NCBI GenBank assembly: GCA_964652335.1
Contig: CAZZDL010000001.1
Coordinates: 1 to 62,080 of the forward strand
Length of the DNA: 62,080 bases
Direction of reading: 5' to 3'
From: Candidatus Micrarchaeota archaeon
GTDB taxonomy: Archaea > B1Sed10-29 > WALL01 > WAMD01
In this document: piece by piece, positions 9,052 through 19,123 of the stretch
Position numbering within the stretch: the stretch's first letter is position 1
Layout: the number at the start of each line of letters is the position of its first letter
Program-made: the position numbers and the translations under genes
Notes under the pieces: model-generated
The model's input: only the letters and a program-made list of their open reading frames with translations
Told to the model about the DNA's origin: nothing
The model's database searches: none

Positions 9052-10288
9052 AGAAGAGATAATTGAGAATGTTAAAAGGAACAATGAATGGAGAAGATCA
9101 TGTGTAAATTTGATAGCAAGTGAAAATGTAATGTCTCCCTTGGCTGAAAGCTTGTATATCAGTGATTTTCTGCATAGATACGCAGAAGGGGAGCCATTCA
9201 AACGTTATTACAATGGAACTAGGTATATAGATATTATAGAGGAAACAGTTCAGGAATTAATTGGCAGTCTGTTGGATGCTAGCGTAGACATAAGACCGAT
9301 CTCTGGAACGGTAGCAAACTTTGCTACATTCTCAAGTATAGCTAAACCTGGAGATGCTATAATCTCATTGTCCACGCCTAGTGGTGGACATATATCCCAT
9401 AACAAGTATGGGGCTCCGACGGCATTAGGACTTACTGTGTATAATTATCCCTTCGACACGGAAATCATGAACATAGATGTGGATAAAACGAGAAAAGAGA
9501 TTGCGGGCCTGGAAAAGAAACCGAAAATATTCGTTCTCGGTGCCAGCTTGTTCCTATTCCCTCATCCTGTGAAAGAGATAAAAGAGATTGCAATGGAGTA
9601 CGATGCAAAACTAGTTTACGACGCTGCACATGTCCTCGGACTAATAGTTGGAGGACAATTTCAAGATCCAATAAAAGAAGGTGCAGACATAATAACCAGC
9701 TCAACTCATAAAACATTCCCAGGGCCACAAGGGGGATTGATAGCAACAAATGATGAACTTATGCTAAAGAAGTTGAAAAGGGGTGTGTTCCCAAGGTTGA
9801 CAAGTAATCATCACCTTCATAGAATTCCAAGCCTAGGTATAACGGCAATAGAAATGATTGAGTTTGGAAAAGAATATGCAAGACAGATGGTGAGAAATTC
9901 AAAATCACTTGCAGAGAGGAGCCATGAGCTTGGCATACCAGTAATTGGGGAGGAACTAGGATTTACAAAAAGTCATCAGATAGTCGTAGATGTAAGCAAG
10001 ATTGGATTAAGCGGTGCAGAGGCGGCCAATATCTGTGAGGGTGCGAACATAATTGTAAATAAAAATCTACTCCCTGGAGAGACACTAAAGAATGTTACGG
10101 ATCCAAATGGTATCAGAATTGGTGTCCAAGAGATGACAAGGTTTGGAATGAAAGAATCCGACATGGAAGTCATCGCAGATTTTCTAAAAAGACTGTGGAT
10201 AGATAAAGAAGATCCAAAAACAGTAAGAAATGATGTAGTAGAGTTCAGAAAAGAATTCCAAGAAATTGAATACGCACTTAAGAAATGA
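9005..10288 (+). CDS. glyA: Serine hydroxymethyltransferase
   Basis: PLP-lysine motif SSTHKTFPGPQGG; LIASENVMSP; overlaps thyX 3' end by 47 nt. Confidence 0.9.
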   Translation: MEVMELTDYSNLEKTKEEIIENVKRNNEWRRSCVNLIASENVMSPLAESLYISDFLHRYAEGEPFKRYYNGTRYIDIIEETVQELIGSLLDASVDIRPISGTVANFATFSSIAKPGDAIISLSTPSGGHISHNKYGAPTALGLTVYNYPFDTEIMNIDVDKTRKEIAGLEKKPKIFVLGASLFLFPHPVKEIKEIAMEYDAKLVYDAAHVLGLIVGGQFQDPIKEGADIITSSTHKTFPGPQGGLIATNDELMLKKLKRGVFPRLTSNHHLHRIPSLGITAIEMIEFGKEYARQMVRNSKSLAERSHELGIPVIGEELGFTKSHQIVVDVSKIGLSGAEAANICEGANIIVNKNLLPGETLKNVTDPNGIRIGVQEMTRFGMKESDMEVIADFLKRLWIDKEDPKTVRNDVVEFRKEFQEIEYALKK

Positions 10289-10316
10289 TTATAAAGCTAA
10301 TCTCCAATAAGAAATC

Positions 10317-10496
10317 ATGGGATTATTGGACTTATTCAGGCCCAAGAAAAAAGAGCTAGAAGAAGTTGAGGAAGAGGAAGTGTGCTCACTCTGTGGAAAG
10401 CCAATAAAAAAGGGTGAAGGGAAATACTACGGGGGTCAATGGTGGCATAAAAAATGCTTGAGAAAAGCTAGAAAAATGGCAAAGGGGATGATCTAG
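10317..10496 (+). CDS. 59-aa zinc-ribbon-like small protein (below the ORF-track cutoff)
   Basis: ATG 10317 to TAG 10494-10496; MGLLDLFRPKKKELEEVEEEEVCSLCGKPIKKGEGKYYGGQWWHKKCLRKARKMAKGMI with CxxC...HxxC. Confidence 0.4.
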   Translation: MGLLDLFRPKKKELEEVEEEEVCSLCGKPIKKGEGKYYGGQWWHKKCLRKARKMAKGMI

Positions 10497-11089
10497 TCCT
10501 TTACCACCTCTCCACCTGGCTCTATTTCTCTGAATATCTCTCCTTCAAATATGTATACCCTTGTCTCTCTATCTTTCCAACACCCATTAGGTAAACCTGC
10601 CTTCTGGCAAGTTCCATCTAGAAATTCCTCTGGTGTCCTCCAACCAACTTCTGCTGGAACCTGTGGTAACAATAAGCCGCTATACATTCCTCTCTCGATT
10701 ATTAACCCATGTTTGCCAACTATTATATGCCTAGGCCTTTCCAATGGGGAGCAAGTTAGCTCCTTTGGTGGGGTTAATACGGTAACTTCTATTGTTATGT
10801 TATCCAGTTCATCCAGCGATAATGGAAAAAACCTTGGGTCAGATGTGGCAGCAGATATTGCTGAATCTATCACAGCCTTCCATAATGGCTTGACTGGGTA
10901 AGGGTATCCTATGCAACCCCTTAACGCTTCTTCTGGATAGGTCCTTAGAGTAACGAAGACTCCTCTCTTTTCATTTAGCCAGTCAGCTAGTTCGGGCTTT
11001 GTCTCCTTTCCTAGAAAATAATCATTTATTGCGCTTCTTGCTAACCTTACGAGGAACTCCCCCTGTTTCTTGTTCAACCTCCTCACCAA
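10493..11089 (-). CDS. AMMECR1 domain protein
   Basis: LRGCIGYPYP and DPRFFPL motifs. Confidence 0.85.
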   Translation of the reverse strand: MVRRLNKKQGEFLVRLARSAINDYFLGKETKPELADWLNEKRGVFVTLRTYPEEALRGCIGYPYPVKPLWKAVIDSAISAATSDPRFFPLSLDELDNITIEVTVLTPPKELTCSPLERPRHIIVGKHGLIIERGMYSGLLLPQVPAEVGWRTPEEFLDGTCQKAGLPNGCWKDRETRVYIFEGEIFREIEPGGEVVKD

Positions 11090-11474
11090 CCCATTTCTTT
11101 ATCTGCAAAGCCAAAATAGCTATGATAAATGCTATTATGCCAATATCATACTGTCCAAATCCGATTGTAATGCCAAGAGCAGCTGAAAACCAGACGCTGG
11201 CAGCGGTTGTCAGTCCTCTAACATGTCCTTCTGTCTTTAGTATAACACCCGCTCCAAGGAAACCTATGCCCTGAACCACTGCTGCTACTACCCTGGCTGA
11301 GCTATCAGATAAAGGGAATGCCACTATGGAAAGAACAACAAGCAAAGATGCTCCTAGTCCAACCAACAAATGGGTTCTAAATCCAGCTGGCTTATGAAGT
11401 GTTTCCCTTTCCCAGCCAATAAGCCCGGTTATAACAGAGGCCACCAACAACCTTATTATCAAATCTACATGCAT
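11022..11474 (-). CDS. MgtC/SapB family membrane protein
   Basis: GLIGWERE..KPAGFRTHLLVGLGASL. Confidence 0.8.
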   Translation of the reverse strand: MHVDLIIRLLVASVITGLIGWERETLHKPAGFRTHLLVGLGASLLVVLSIVAFPLSDSSARVVAAVVQGIGFLGAGVILKTEGHVRGLTTAASVWFSAALGITIGFGQYDIGIIAFIIAILALQIKKWVGEEVEQETGGVPRKVSKKRNK

Positions 11475-11546
11475 AGCTGGTTAATGAAACTAGAATTAAA
11501 AATATTTCTGGTTAGTATTAAAAATTAGGAATTCTAGAAACTAGGG

Positions 11547-12296
11547 ATGATAAACGAAGCAGAGTATGAAAGGTTATACAAACAGATCAAGTCAAAAAGA
11601 GATATTGAAAGGCTAGCTAAGAAAGGGTGGAAACCTGATTTCTTACTTGAACTGCTAACAATGAAACTAGCTAGAGAGACTAGAAGAAGATTTTACAGGC
11701 TTCCTAGAGACAAAATTCTAATGGAATGGAGAGCTGGAAAAACAGCCACCAAACTGGCAGCCGAATATGGTATATCTCCTGTAATGATGCTTTACACGAT
11801 TCTCCTTGCTCAAGGCTACTCTAAAAAGAAAGCTAGAGCAATGATAAATGGAAAGGTAGACGTAAGAGGCAGGATAAAGAAGGAATTAGAAGAAGCAAGA
11901 AAGGAAGACGTTGTTTACTCACCTTCAGGATTAGAGATTCAGCTGAAAAAGGGGAAGGAGGGAGAAGAAAGGATAAAAAGATTTCTTGAAAAAAGAGGAA
12001 TAAAATTCTTGAGAGAAGTAGACCTAAAAAAGGAATATTCAAAAACTCCTGATTTCCTCCTAGCAAAGATAATAATGATGAACAATGAACCAGTAAGATG
12101 GATAGAAAGCAAGGCTAGCATTGGTGATCTGGAAAAGGTAAAAAGAGACTATACTAAACAACTAAAACAATACATGGAAATGTTTGGTCCCGGAGCGATA
12201 GTATATTGGTTTGGGGTGTTACCATCAGCTAAAAGATGGTTAGAGGATAAGGGTGTGCTTGTACTTGAATCATTAAGGGGTGTTAGAATTGAATGA
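11547..12296 (+). CDS. HTH plus PD-(D/E)xK nuclease-fold protein with TPD motif (CDIN1/C15orf41-like)
   Basis: C-terminal GEERIKRFLEKRG...SKTPDFLL...WIESKASIGD (E...D...ExK layout). Confidence 0.5.
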   Translation: MINEAEYERLYKQIKSKRDIERLAKKGWKPDFLLELLTMKLARETRRRFYRLPRDKILMEWRAGKTATKLAAEYGISPVMMLYTILLAQGYSKKKARAMINGKVDVRGRIKKELEEARKEDVVYSPSGLEIQLKKGKEGEERIKRFLEKRGIKFLREVDLKKEYSKTPDFLLAKIIMMNNEPVRWIESKASIGDLEKVKRDYTKQLKQYMEMFGPGAIVYWFGVLPSAKRWLEDKGVLVLESLRGVRIE

Positions 12297-13821
12297 AGTA
12301 TATATCCCAGACACAAGTGTCATAATAGATGGGAGGATAAGTGATCTTATCAAAAAGGAAAAGATAAAAGGAAAAATAATCATTCCCATGGCAGTCGTTG
12401 CTGAGCTTGAGTATCAGGCGAACACAGGTAGAGAAACAGGATTCACTGGATTGAAAGAACTCCAAGAACTAATAAAATTAATGGAGAACAAAAAGATTGC
12501 TCTTGAATTCATAGGAGAACTACCAAAAATAGAGGATATAGAGTTGCATAGGATAGATGCAGTAATAAGAGAAGCTGCAAGGGAAAGGAAAGCTATACTT
12601 GTCACTTCTGATAGGGTGCAATCAGAAGTAGCAAAGGCAATGAACGTTAAGGTAATGTTCATAGAGCAAGAAAAACTTAAGAAGAAACCAAGTTTTACAA
12701 AATTCTTTGATCAAGATACAACCAGTGTCCACATAAAGGAGAATTGCTACGTTATGGCAAAAAGAGGAAAACCTGGAAAGGCAAAGTTGATAAAACTGTC
12801 TGAAAAAAAGCTGGATTACTCAGAGGTTGAAAGGATAGCTAATGAGATAATAGAATTTACAAAAAGATCCAGGGAAGCATTCGTTGAAATAAACAGGAAA
12901 GGAGCCATGGTCATTCAATACAAAAACATAAGGATAACAATAGCGAGGCCTCCGTTCTCAGATGGGCTTGAGATAACTATGGTAAGACCAATAATGAAGA
13001 CGTCTTTGTCTGACTGGAACATGTCTAAAAAGTTACTAGAGCGCTTAAAGGAAGAAGCAGAAGGGATACTAATTGCTGGTCCTCCAGGTCATGGGAAATC
13101 AACTCTCGCTTCCGCCATAGCTGAATTTTACAAGGAACAGGGGAAGATTGTAAAAACAATGGAATCTCCAAGGGATTTACAAGTATCAGATGATATAACA
13201 CAGTACACAAGTCTAGAAGGGAGCTTTGAAAAGACTGCTGACATACTACTTCTAGTAAGGCCAGATTACACTGTATACGACGAAGTTAGAAAGACCAATG
13301 ACTTCCAGATATACGCGGATATGAGGCTGGCCGGTGTTGGGATGATTGGTGTTGTCCATGCAAGTAAGGCAGTGGACGCTATACATAGAATGATAGGTAG
13401 AGTGGAACTAGGATTGATCCCACAGGTAGTTGATACCGTAATCTTCGTTAGGGATGCAGAAGTGAAAAAGGTCTATTCTCTAGATTTTACTGTCAAGGTT
13501 CCGACAGGTATGAAAGATGCAGATCTAGCAAGGCCTGTGGTGGAGATAAAGGACTTTGAGAATGGCGAGCTAGAATACGAGATATATACCTTTGGCGAGC
13601 AAACAGTTTTATCAGACGTGAAGAAGGCGAGGGCGAGTAAAGGAAAGAGAACAGGAAGAATTGAAAAGATGTTATCAAAATATTTCTCAGGCGATATAGA
13701 AGTTAAGAGGAACAAAGTAATAGTCCATACCACACCCAAAGAGGTAAAGGGCGTGTCTCCTAAAAAATTGAAGAGGCTGGAAAAGAAAATCAGAAAACAA
13801 ATAGAGATAACATTTGAGTGA
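12280..13821 (+). CDS. PIN domain - PilT-like ATPase - KH domain protein
   Basis: N-terminal YIPDTSVIIDGR (PIN), Walker A GPPGHGKST; GTG start overlapping upstream gene. Confidence 0.75.
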   Translation: MLELNEVYIPDTSVIIDGRISDLIKKEKIKGKIIIPMAVVAELEYQANTGRETGFTGLKELQELIKLMENKKIALEFIGELPKIEDIELHRIDAVIREAARERKAILVTSDRVQSEVAKAMNVKVMFIEQEKLKKKPSFTKFFDQDTTSVHIKENCYVMAKRGKPGKAKLIKLSEKKLDYSEVERIANEIIEFTKRSREAFVEINRKGAMVIQYKNIRITIARPPFSDGLEITMVRPIMKTSLSDWNMSKKLLERLKEEAEGILIAGPPGHGKSTLASAIAEFYKEQGKIVKTMESPRDLQVSDDITQYTSLEGSFEKTADILLLVRPDYTVYDEVRKTNDFQIYADMRLAGVGMIGVVHASKAVDAIHRMIGRVELGLIPQVVDTVIFVRDAEVKKVYSLDFTVKVPTGMKDADLARPVVEIKDFENGELEYEIYTFGEQTVLSDVKKARASKGKRTGRIEKMLSKYFSGDIEVKRNKVIVHTTPKEVKGVSPKKLKRLEKKIRKQIEITFE

Positions 13822-13825
13822 TCGT

Positions 13826-14662
13826 ATGGAATGGTTTATAGCAGCATTGTTAGTTCCAATTATCCAGGCCACCGCCAACCTACTCCAGAAAATAGGGCTG
13901 AAAGAAAGGTCCACGTCTGTTTTCACATTTTTGTTCACAGTGCTCAGCTTCTTTATGCTTTTGCCCTTTCTACCGTTTGTTGAATTTGACTGGAGGGTAA
14001 TAGTAATATTCCTCAATTCCATTTTAGGATCTATCGGATTCTACTATTCAATGAAAGGGATAAAAGAGCTAGACCTTTCCGAAGCAGGGCCAATAATAGC
14101 TAACCTATCGGTTGTGTTCACAGGAGTTATAGAAACATTAATAGGGCAGAGGTTTGAATTAATTGATCTCATTGGGATTGGAATGATATTGGTTGGTGGG
14201 TACCTGCTAGAAACTAATTTTAGAAGAACTAGATTCAGAGTGACAAAGGGGTTCAAATATCTGGTAATAAACGCGATAATATACGGGATTTGTGTAAATA
14301 TTGACAGAAGAATTATGCTAACTGGTATGTCTCCATTCTCATTCATATTCTTCATAACAATGTTTGTATCTATAAACCTTGGCATACTAGTATTGGTAAA
14401 AGGAAAAGTAAGCGAAGTTAAAACCGTGTGGAAAAGATCGTCAAAGCTAGTACTAGGGATAGGTGCCCTCGTGGTGGCTTACAGAGTATTACAATTATAT
14501 GCGGTTTCACTTGCTCCAGCAACCTTCGTGATAGCGTTGAAAAGACTGTCCGCTCCAATATCTGTAATATTGGGTGGAAAGATACTTAGCGAAAAATACC
14601 TTAGGTATAGATTCCTAGCTAGTATTATAATGCTGTTTGGAGCATTAATATTAATAATGTAG
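13826..14662 (+). CDS. EamA/DMT-family transporter
   Basis: About 10 hydrophobic segments in two halves; ATG 13826 (TTG 13814 alternative). Confidence 0.65.
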   Translation: MEWFIAALLVPIIQATANLLQKIGLKERSTSVFTFLFTVLSFFMLLPFLPFVEFDWRVIVIFLNSILGSIGFYYSMKGIKELDLSEAGPIIANLSVVFTGVIETLIGQRFELIDLIGIGMILVGGYLLETNFRRTRFRVTKGFKYLVINAIIYGICVNIDRRIMLTGMSPFSFIFFITMFVSINLGILVLVKGKVSEVKTVWKRSSKLVLGIGALVVAYRVLQLYAVSLAPATFVIALKRLSAPISVILGGKILSEKYLRYRFLASIIMLFGALILIM

Positions 14663-14670
14663 GTGGTAAC

Positions 14671-15447
14671 ATGCGGGGAGAACATAAAGGAGAAAATGGA
14701 AAACTGCTAATAGTTGGTGGGAGCAAGGATTATGTGGGTTGCCTTTCAATGGCTGGGCTAGCTGCTCTAAGAACTGGGATAGACCTTGTGTATATCGGAG
14801 CTCCAGAGAGGGTTGCTTGGACACTAAATGCATATTCGCCAGACCTAATAACTATAAAACTTCCTGGGGATGTTTTATCGCCAGATCATTTTGACTATCT
14901 AGAAAACTGGATTGATAAATCAGATGTTATCTTGCTTGGAAACGGAGCAGGGACAAGCAAGAAGGCTGGAGAATTATTTGAAAAGCTAGCTAGCGTACGA
15001 AAACCAAAGGTTATAGACGCGGATGCGCTAAAGTTAGTGGATTGCACATCAGTCAAAAATTGTGTCCTCACCCCACACGCAGGGGAGTTTAGAATGGCAT
15101 TTGATACAGAACCAAAAAAAGAAAATATATTAAAATTCTCAAGGCCAGACAGAGTAATAGTCCTAAAAGGAAAGATAGATCTAATAGCAGACGGGAGAAA
15201 TGTATATGAAAACAAAACAGGAAATTCAGGTATGACTGTTGGAGGGACTGGAGATATACTGGCTGGAGTCATATCCGGACTAATTGCCCAGGGGTTTGAT
15301 TTGTTGGAAGCCGCAAGATTAGGGACAAAGGTCACTGGGCTAGCTGGGGATATGGCATTTGAAAAATTTGGTTATGGCCTAATGGCAAGCGATCTAGTTA
15401 ACTTAATCCCAAAGGCAATGATCACTGAGAAGATTTGGACAAGATAA
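14671..15447 (+). CDS. nnrD: ADP-dependent NAD(P)H-hydrate dehydratase (YjeF C-terminal / carbohydrate kinase family)
   Basis: GGSKDYVG..AGLAALRTG and GTGDILAGVISG. Confidence 0.8.
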   Translation: MRGEHKGENGKLLIVGGSKDYVGCLSMAGLAALRTGIDLVYIGAPERVAWTLNAYSPDLITIKLPGDVLSPDHFDYLENWIDKSDVILLGNGAGTSKKAGELFEKLASVRKPKVIDADALKLVDCTSVKNCVLTPHAGEFRMAFDTEPKKENILKFSRPDRVIVLKGKIDLIADGRNVYENKTGNSGMTVGGTGDILAGVISGLIAQGFDLLEAARLGTKVTGLAGDMAFEKFGYGLMASDLVNLIPKAMITEKIWTR

Positions 15448-16042
15448 AATTGACTGCATCAATGTTCAAAAAAAGAGTCATTAAATCATTGGGGTCTTTC
15501 ACCTTATTTCGTATATCCTCTACACTCTGGATATTATATTTCTCTATAAGTTCTTCAAGCTTTTTCACCAATTCCTCTCCATACATCCTCTCTTTCCATT
15601 TGTACATCTCTTCTTGAGTCATCCCAATCTTTTCTGCTTCTTCCCCAAGCCTCTCCAAGGCATACTCCACATCTACCTCGCTGTTCACCTTTGCCTCAGC
15701 ATCTCTTAGCTTTGATTCAATCTCTTCAAAAAATTTCTCATCAAAATTTTTGAGTTCTGGAAGGGCTTCATCCACATATGAATAATTGCCCTTTTTTATC
15801 TCATCCTGTATCCTTCTCACTATCTCGGCCCTGGAACTAGTTTTTGAGTTAAACAAAAATAGCAAATCTGTTTTTACATCCTCAGGAAGCCTGTTTATCC
15901 TCTCTCTCAAATGTATTATTTTACTCTTGTTTGCGTTTAAGTGTTCCCACAGCTTTTCGCTAGCTTCCTTTAGCTTTTCTCTTCTTTCCTGGGACGGTGG
16001 GATAATCCTTTTCTTAGGGATTTTCTTTACTGGTTTTGCCAT
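15422..16042 (-). CDS. K/E-rich hypothetical protein
   Basis: 206-aa ORF, no recognisable motif. Confidence 0.45.
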   Translation of the reverse strand: MAKPVKKIPKKRIIPPSQERREKLKEASEKLWEHLNANKSKIIHLRERINRLPEDVKTDLLFLFNSKTSSRAEIVRRIQDEIKKGNYSYVDEALPELKNFDEKFFEEIESKLRDAEAKVNSEVDVEYALERLGEEAEKIGMTQEEMYKWKERMYGEELVKKLEELIEKYNIQSVEDIRNKVKDPNDLMTLFLNIDAVNFILSKSSQ

Positions 16043-16123
16043 GATTATCTTTTGGAAACAGTTAATAAATAGATTACATAGATGTAACGGAAAAGGTTAA
16101 AAAGAATTAAGAATCCAAATAGT

Positions 16124-18631
16124 ATGGGGGAGAGGAAAATGAAATGGTTTGTTGTGTTTCTAATTTTAATGCTGTCACTCGGGGCCGGTTATTTGTACAC
16201 AGAAACTAGCTCAATATCTGCAAATTTTGAACTTGCAAGAGATGTGACGTTAGACTACATCAATCTATTATACACAATAGCTGACTGGGCTAAGTTAGAT
16301 GCGTTAAAATCTATGCTACTTCTATCCGCTGGAGTTGAAAAGATGAAAACATCCAAAACACTAGAGAATTGTACATCCTGTAAAATAATGAAAGAATCGT
16401 GGGAATCTGCACGGAATGCAAAAAGATTGGTGTACTCTAACCCGGACAAATCAAAAAAGGAGTTGGAAAAAGCACTAGACTATGCATCTGATGCATTCTT
16501 AATTGAGATGCTAGAATTAACAAAGAAGATAAAAGAAGCTGATGAGATTGGTTTGGACAAAATAGATGAACCGACATATGAAGGGAAGCAATCATTTGAG
16601 GTTTACAAACAAGTGAAGGATATGGAAACAGAAATATGTGAGATGGCAAACAAATATTCAGCTGAAGAGCTGAACAGAAAAACAGAGTTCATAAAAGAGG
16701 TTATGGAACTAGATCCCGCCAATGGGATAAAGAAACTTGGCGGTATACTAGATTTATCCTATTACTATAACTTCATAGCAGCGCCTGGAGGTATATACTC
16801 ACAAACATTAGAGAGCAGAAAAAGGCTTGAGGAAGCTATAGAAGAGACAAAGGAGAGATGGGAAATATCCACTGAAAACTATCAATCCATCGTAGTTAAT
16901 GTACCAAAACAAAATCTAACATCAGAAGATATGAATGGTTTGGCAGATACAGAAGAGGAGCCAAGCAAATACATATCTAAAGGGAAGGCTTTACTAAAGA
17001 AAGCGGATTTGTATTTTTCAATTGGGATGGAAATCGAGAAAGAAAAGAGTGATGACTATCTAGTAAATGCAATAAATAAAGTTAGGGAGGCAATTAGGTT
17101 GAAGAATGAGGCTAGTTCCTTGTTTGAAAGAGCAAGTCAAATAGAAGCAGAATGGGCACTTCAAATAAGGGAAATATGTGAGACAGAGTATACTCCAAAA
17201 ACTGAGATCTCTTATCTGTATTACCAAGAAGGGAAGAAAATATGTGATTCTGGTTTTGAAAGCTCTAATCTGAGAGATGCCGCATACGGAGCCAGGCTTA
17301 TAAAGAATGCGGTTGAGATAGACAATAACCCAGAGGACTACAGGGCAAGGATGTATAAAGAATTGGAGGACATGGCTTCTGATCTATACCATCTTATACA
17401 AAAGGCAAAGATGGATGGGATAGAGTGCTCATCAGAAGAACAAGTGTTAAATGATTATCAACGCTCAAAATCTGACATAATGAATTATATTTCTAGCATG
17501 GAAATTTGGAAAAGAAGGTTGGGTTATGCCAAGGAAAGCTTGGTTGACAAGATTAAAGAAAGTTACGGCGTATTGGAAGAATACTACAATGAATATGGAG
17601 ATATTGGTGTTGGGGGAGTATTCACAAACGGAACAATAGATATTGAGAACGGGATTGGAAAACTCAAGGAAGTAAAGGAAAGATACGAAAAATTAATGTC
17701 TGAAGCAGAGCCGGATGTGTCTCTAAAAACCATAACCACAGGAGTATGCAATGAGTTAATGGACTATCAATATGAGATAAACATTAGAAATCCATATCCT
17801 GTTGGGATAAATGGAAGGATGGTGGAAATTGAGGATTTGAAGTTCTGGTTAGACGAAATTACTGCCTATGAAACTAAAACTGTTATGCTAAACGTTAAAG
17901 AGATTGGTGTGACATGCGATATATTAAATGAAAAAAAGGATGAGAAAAAAACCATTTATTCAATAAAGATAAAACCAAAGCACAGAATGGATGTACTAAT
18001 CCCAATAAAGGGAAGACTGGTTAATGAAAACGCATTCATGAAAGGAACAAATGATGGGATACTAATTAGGGATATATCAAAAGAAGAAACAATAACCATA
18101 GCTGTTGAGAACAGTGCGCCCCAAACCAATATCACACTCCCAAAACAAAATTATAGCGAGTACAAGGTATTGAACAAGACAGTATTAGAAAGTGATGTCA
18201 TTGAACTAGATAGGGATATGGAAACGAAAGATAATGCAATTGATGAAAAGATAGCGATGATAAAGAGAGCTGGAAAATGTCATGTGTATTATGGGGATAT
18301 AAAGAGTGTAAAATCCTATGAAGAGGCTGACGATATATACAACAGAATGCTAAGAGACGCTATAGAAAAAGTAAACATTCTAAGACTAAATGGCCTAGAT
18401 GATAAAGCAGATGAGGCAATGACCCTAATAGAAAAGGGAAAATTGTGCGATATCATAAACATGGAGGTACCTGAGCCTAAGTCAGTAGAGACTGCAAATA
18501 TTACTGGCCTGACAGCGATGGATTTGAGCTTTGTCCCAGTGATAAGCATAATAATACTGGCCTATCTAGCATTCAAGGGTGGTGAAAAGAAAGTGGATAG
18601 AGTGAAGAGGATTCTAAAGAGATTTGAATAA
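16124..18631 (+). CDS. Large (835 aa) surface protein with N-terminal signal/anchor and C-terminal TM anchor; function unknown
   Basis: MKWFVVFLILMLSLGAG (alternative start 16139), C-terminal VPVISIIILAYLAF followed by a basic tail. Confidence 0.6.
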   Translation: MGERKMKWFVVFLILMLSLGAGYLYTETSSISANFELARDVTLDYINLLYTIADWAKLDALKSMLLLSAGVEKMKTSKTLENCTSCKIMKESWESARNAKRLVYSNPDKSKKELEKALDYASDAFLIEMLELTKKIKEADEIGLDKIDEPTYEGKQSFEVYKQVKDMETEICEMANKYSAEELNRKTEFIKEVMELDPANGIKKLGGILDLSYYYNFIAAPGGIYSQTLESRKRLEEAIEETKERWEISTENYQSIVVNVPKQNLTSEDMNGLADTEEEPSKYISKGKALLKKADLYFSIGMEIEKEKSDDYLVNAINKVREAIRLKNEASSLFERASQIEAEWALQIREICETEYTPKTEISYLYYQEGKKICDSGFESSNLRDAAYGARLIKNAVEIDNNPEDYRARMYKELEDMASDLYHLIQKAKMDGIECSSEEQVLNDYQRSKSDIMNYISSMEIWKRRLGYAKESLVDKIKESYGVLEEYYNEYGDIGVGGVFTNGTIDIENGIGKLKEVKERYEKLMSEAEPDVSLKTITTGVCNELMDYQYEINIRNPYPVGINGRMVEIEDLKFWLDEITAYETKTVMLNVKEIGVTCDILNEKKDEKKTIYSIKIKPKHRMDVLIPIKGRLVNENAFMKGTNDGILIRDISKEETITIAVENSAPQTNITLPKQNYSEYKVLNKTVLESDVIELDRDMETKDNAIDEKIAMIKRAGKCHVYYGDIKSVKSYEEADDIYNRMLRDAIEKVNILRLNGLDDKADEAMTLIEKGKLCDIINMEVPEPKSVETANITGLTAMDLSFVPVISIIILAYLAFKGGEKKVDRVKRILKRFE

Positions 18632-19123
18632 CTGATCGCTCCAGTCAACATCGTCGTCTTTGCCGCCTTTGATTATATCCAGTATTCTAACTGCAACTTC
18701 CTTCGGAGTAAGGTTTGTAGTATCTACCTGGAATACCCTAGGATAATTCCTCTCAGATTTTATCAAACAGTAATCAAGGTATTCTGCCTCTACATTTGTC
18801 TTTATCTTATCTGAATCCCATCCTTTTAGGGCCAGCCTTCTCTTAAGCTCAATCGGGTTGCATCTCAAAACTATCATATAATCTAAATTCAACTTCATCT
18901 CGCACAATAGATGACTCTCAAAAATAACATTCCCATCAATATTTCTAAGCTTCTCCTCCAATCTCTCTACATCTATAACGCTACTATCCTTGTACACGTC
19001 TATGCTAAATTCTAATGCAATATCGTTTACATGGACAACCTTCCAACCAGTAATCCTGGATAACTCGCTTGAAACACTGGTCTTCCCTGTTCCTGGTGTG
19101 CCGGTTATCCCTAACCTAACCAT
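18614..19123 (-). CDS. Adenylate kinase isoenzyme 6 / Fap7-type NTPase
   Basis: P-loop GITGTPGTGKTS, about 170 aa. Confidence 0.8.
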   Translation of the reverse strand: MVRLGITGTPGTGKTSVSSELSRITGWKVVHVNDIALEFSIDVYKDSSVIDVERLEEKLRNIDGNVIFESHLLCEMKLNLDYMIVLRCNPIELKRRLALKGWDSDKIKTNVEAEYLDYCLIKSERNYPRVFQVDTTNLTPKEVAVRILDIIKGGKDDDVDWSDQLFKSL

